A stretch of 64,000 nucleotides of DNA, taken from assembly GCF_020745735.1 (NCBI RefSeq), contig NC_083453.1, positions 13,461,849-13,525,848 of the forward strand, read 5' to 3'. Every line of letters begins with the position of its first letter. The first letter of the stretch is position 1. A model generated the notes under the pieces. The model saw only the letters and a list, made by a program, of their open reading frames with translations. It was not told the DNA's origin and did not search any database. Both the position numbers and the translations under genes were made by a program. Shown here piece by piece: positions 62,481-64,000 of this stretch. The stretch comes from Hemiscyllium ocellatum. Its lineage: Eukaryota.

Positions 62481-63304
62481 ACTTTTTTTATATATCGACC
62501 AGAGCTCCCTGATTGGACCAGATTAACAGCCCCAATTGGGGAACTCATATTGTATGAGGTCCAGTTGGCTGATCTTGTTACAATCAGTACACTCACCATT
62601 TGCATTTCCCCTCAGTCAGATAACCTCTGAATTGCCAAAATCTTTTAATATCTGGATTTTTAAAATCTAAAATCAATTCTTGATTACACTGAACCAAAAC
62701 CAAGCTAATGATCCTCAATATTTACACTTCCTGTCGTAAACCAGCACAGTACCAACAATCTTCCATTCACACTCTTGGGTTTCCTGCTGCATGACACACA
62801 CTGTTATGGCAAGACCAAGTAATCTAGTTATTCTTTAAGTTTTCAGAAAAGTAATCAACCACATGCCATGATTTTAAAATCCAAACTCTAAAAAATTGTA
62901 AATATTTATATGATAAATCAGACATTTTTCATTACAAAAGAGAGGGCCAATTCAGACTTGGAAGAAGGAGGCTTTGAACAGACACTCACTCTTGGTTACT
63001 CTCATGCACTCCCTAGCAGCTAATTATAGTGGAATATTGGACCAAACGTTTGGTTTCGTCACCCTTATCTTCGCTGTGCTACAGTGGCTCTCAGTACACC
63101 AGTGCCTAATCTTTAAAATTCTTATCCCCTTGTCAACTCCCTCCATGGCCTCTCCCCTCCTTCCCTATCTCCATATAACCTACAGTCATTCAACATTCCA
63201 AGGATTTGACATTCCTCCAACTTTGGATTCTTAAGTATCCACCATTCCTTTTATCCAATCATTGGTGGCTGTGCCATAACAACTGATACCCTAAATTCAC
63301 ACCG

Positions 63305-64000
63305 GAATCTTTTCTAGGGTAGAAGTGACCTATACAAGAAGGACTTGAATTGGAAAGGGACCAATATCCTGGCAGGAAGATTTGCTCGTACTACTTGGGA
63401 GGCTTTAAACTGGTAAGAGGGTAGGGAGGGGACCCAGAGAGATAGTGAGAAAAAAGATCAGTCTCAGGCTGGTACAGTTGAGAAGAGGAGAAAGCCAAGT
63501 AGTCAAGGTAGGCGAGAGCAAGGCAGAGAATTAGGTAAGATTAATAAACTAAACTGCATTTATTTCAATGCAAGAGGCCTGACAGGGAAGGCAGATGAAC
63601 TCAAGGCACGGTTGGGAATATGGGACTGGGACATCATAGCTATTACAGAAACATAGCTCAGAGATGGACAGGCCTGGCAGCTTAATGTTCCAGGATACAA
63701 ATGCTACAGGAAGGATAGAAAGGGTGGTAAGAGAGCAGGGGGAGTGATGTTTTTCATCAGGGATAGCATTACAGCTGTACTTAGGGAGGATATGCCTGAC
63801 ACTATGCCCAGTGAAGTTACCTGGGTGTAACTGAAAAATAAGAAAACAATTGTCACCTTATTGGGATTGTACTATAGGCCCCCCCAATAGTCAATGAAAA
63901 ATTGAGAAGCAAATTTGTAAAGAGGTCTCAGATATCTATAAAAATGAGTCAGTTATAATGGTAGGGGATTTTACTTTCCAAACATAGACTGGGACTGTCA
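63305..64000 (+). mobile_element. CR1 LINE ORF1 end and ORF2 endonuclease start (inactive)
   Basis: LNWKGTNILAGRFA (ORF1); LNCIYFNARGLTGKADEL...DIIAITET*, YRKDR, LYYRPP and GDF (APE domain) with stops. Confidence 0.88.

Overview
This is eukaryotic genomic DNA, most likely from a shark. The evidence is the HE1/V-SINE-type and Deu-domain SINEs, CR1 LINEs and vertebrate genes; the taxon is an inference. Genes: (1) an intact ZC3H10 on the + strand with a single coding exon (29237-30439) and a probable non-coding first exon near 16.6 kb; (2) a complete four-exon MIP/aquaporin-0 on the - strand (51848-42672); (3) a ZC3H10-derived paralogue on the - strand that the ORF track misses (ATG at 559, running off the left edge). 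In the paralogue the N-terminus plus first CCCH finger is amplified as a 159-bp/53-aa tandem repeat with at least 4 units. It also shares the splice acceptor, 5'UTR and non-coding exon 1 with ZC3H10, so it is a head-to-head DNA-level duplicate. The rest is a dense, nested transposon landscape: a near-intact Penelope-like element (RT + GIY-YIG), a second Penelope family, a decayed gypsy element, and many CR1 and SINE copies. About a dozen short, often palindromic, TSD-flanked Penelope-end insertions carry minimal hammerhead ribozyme motifs from at least three families. Coordinates were read by eye, so repeat boundaries are approximate; no database searches were run.
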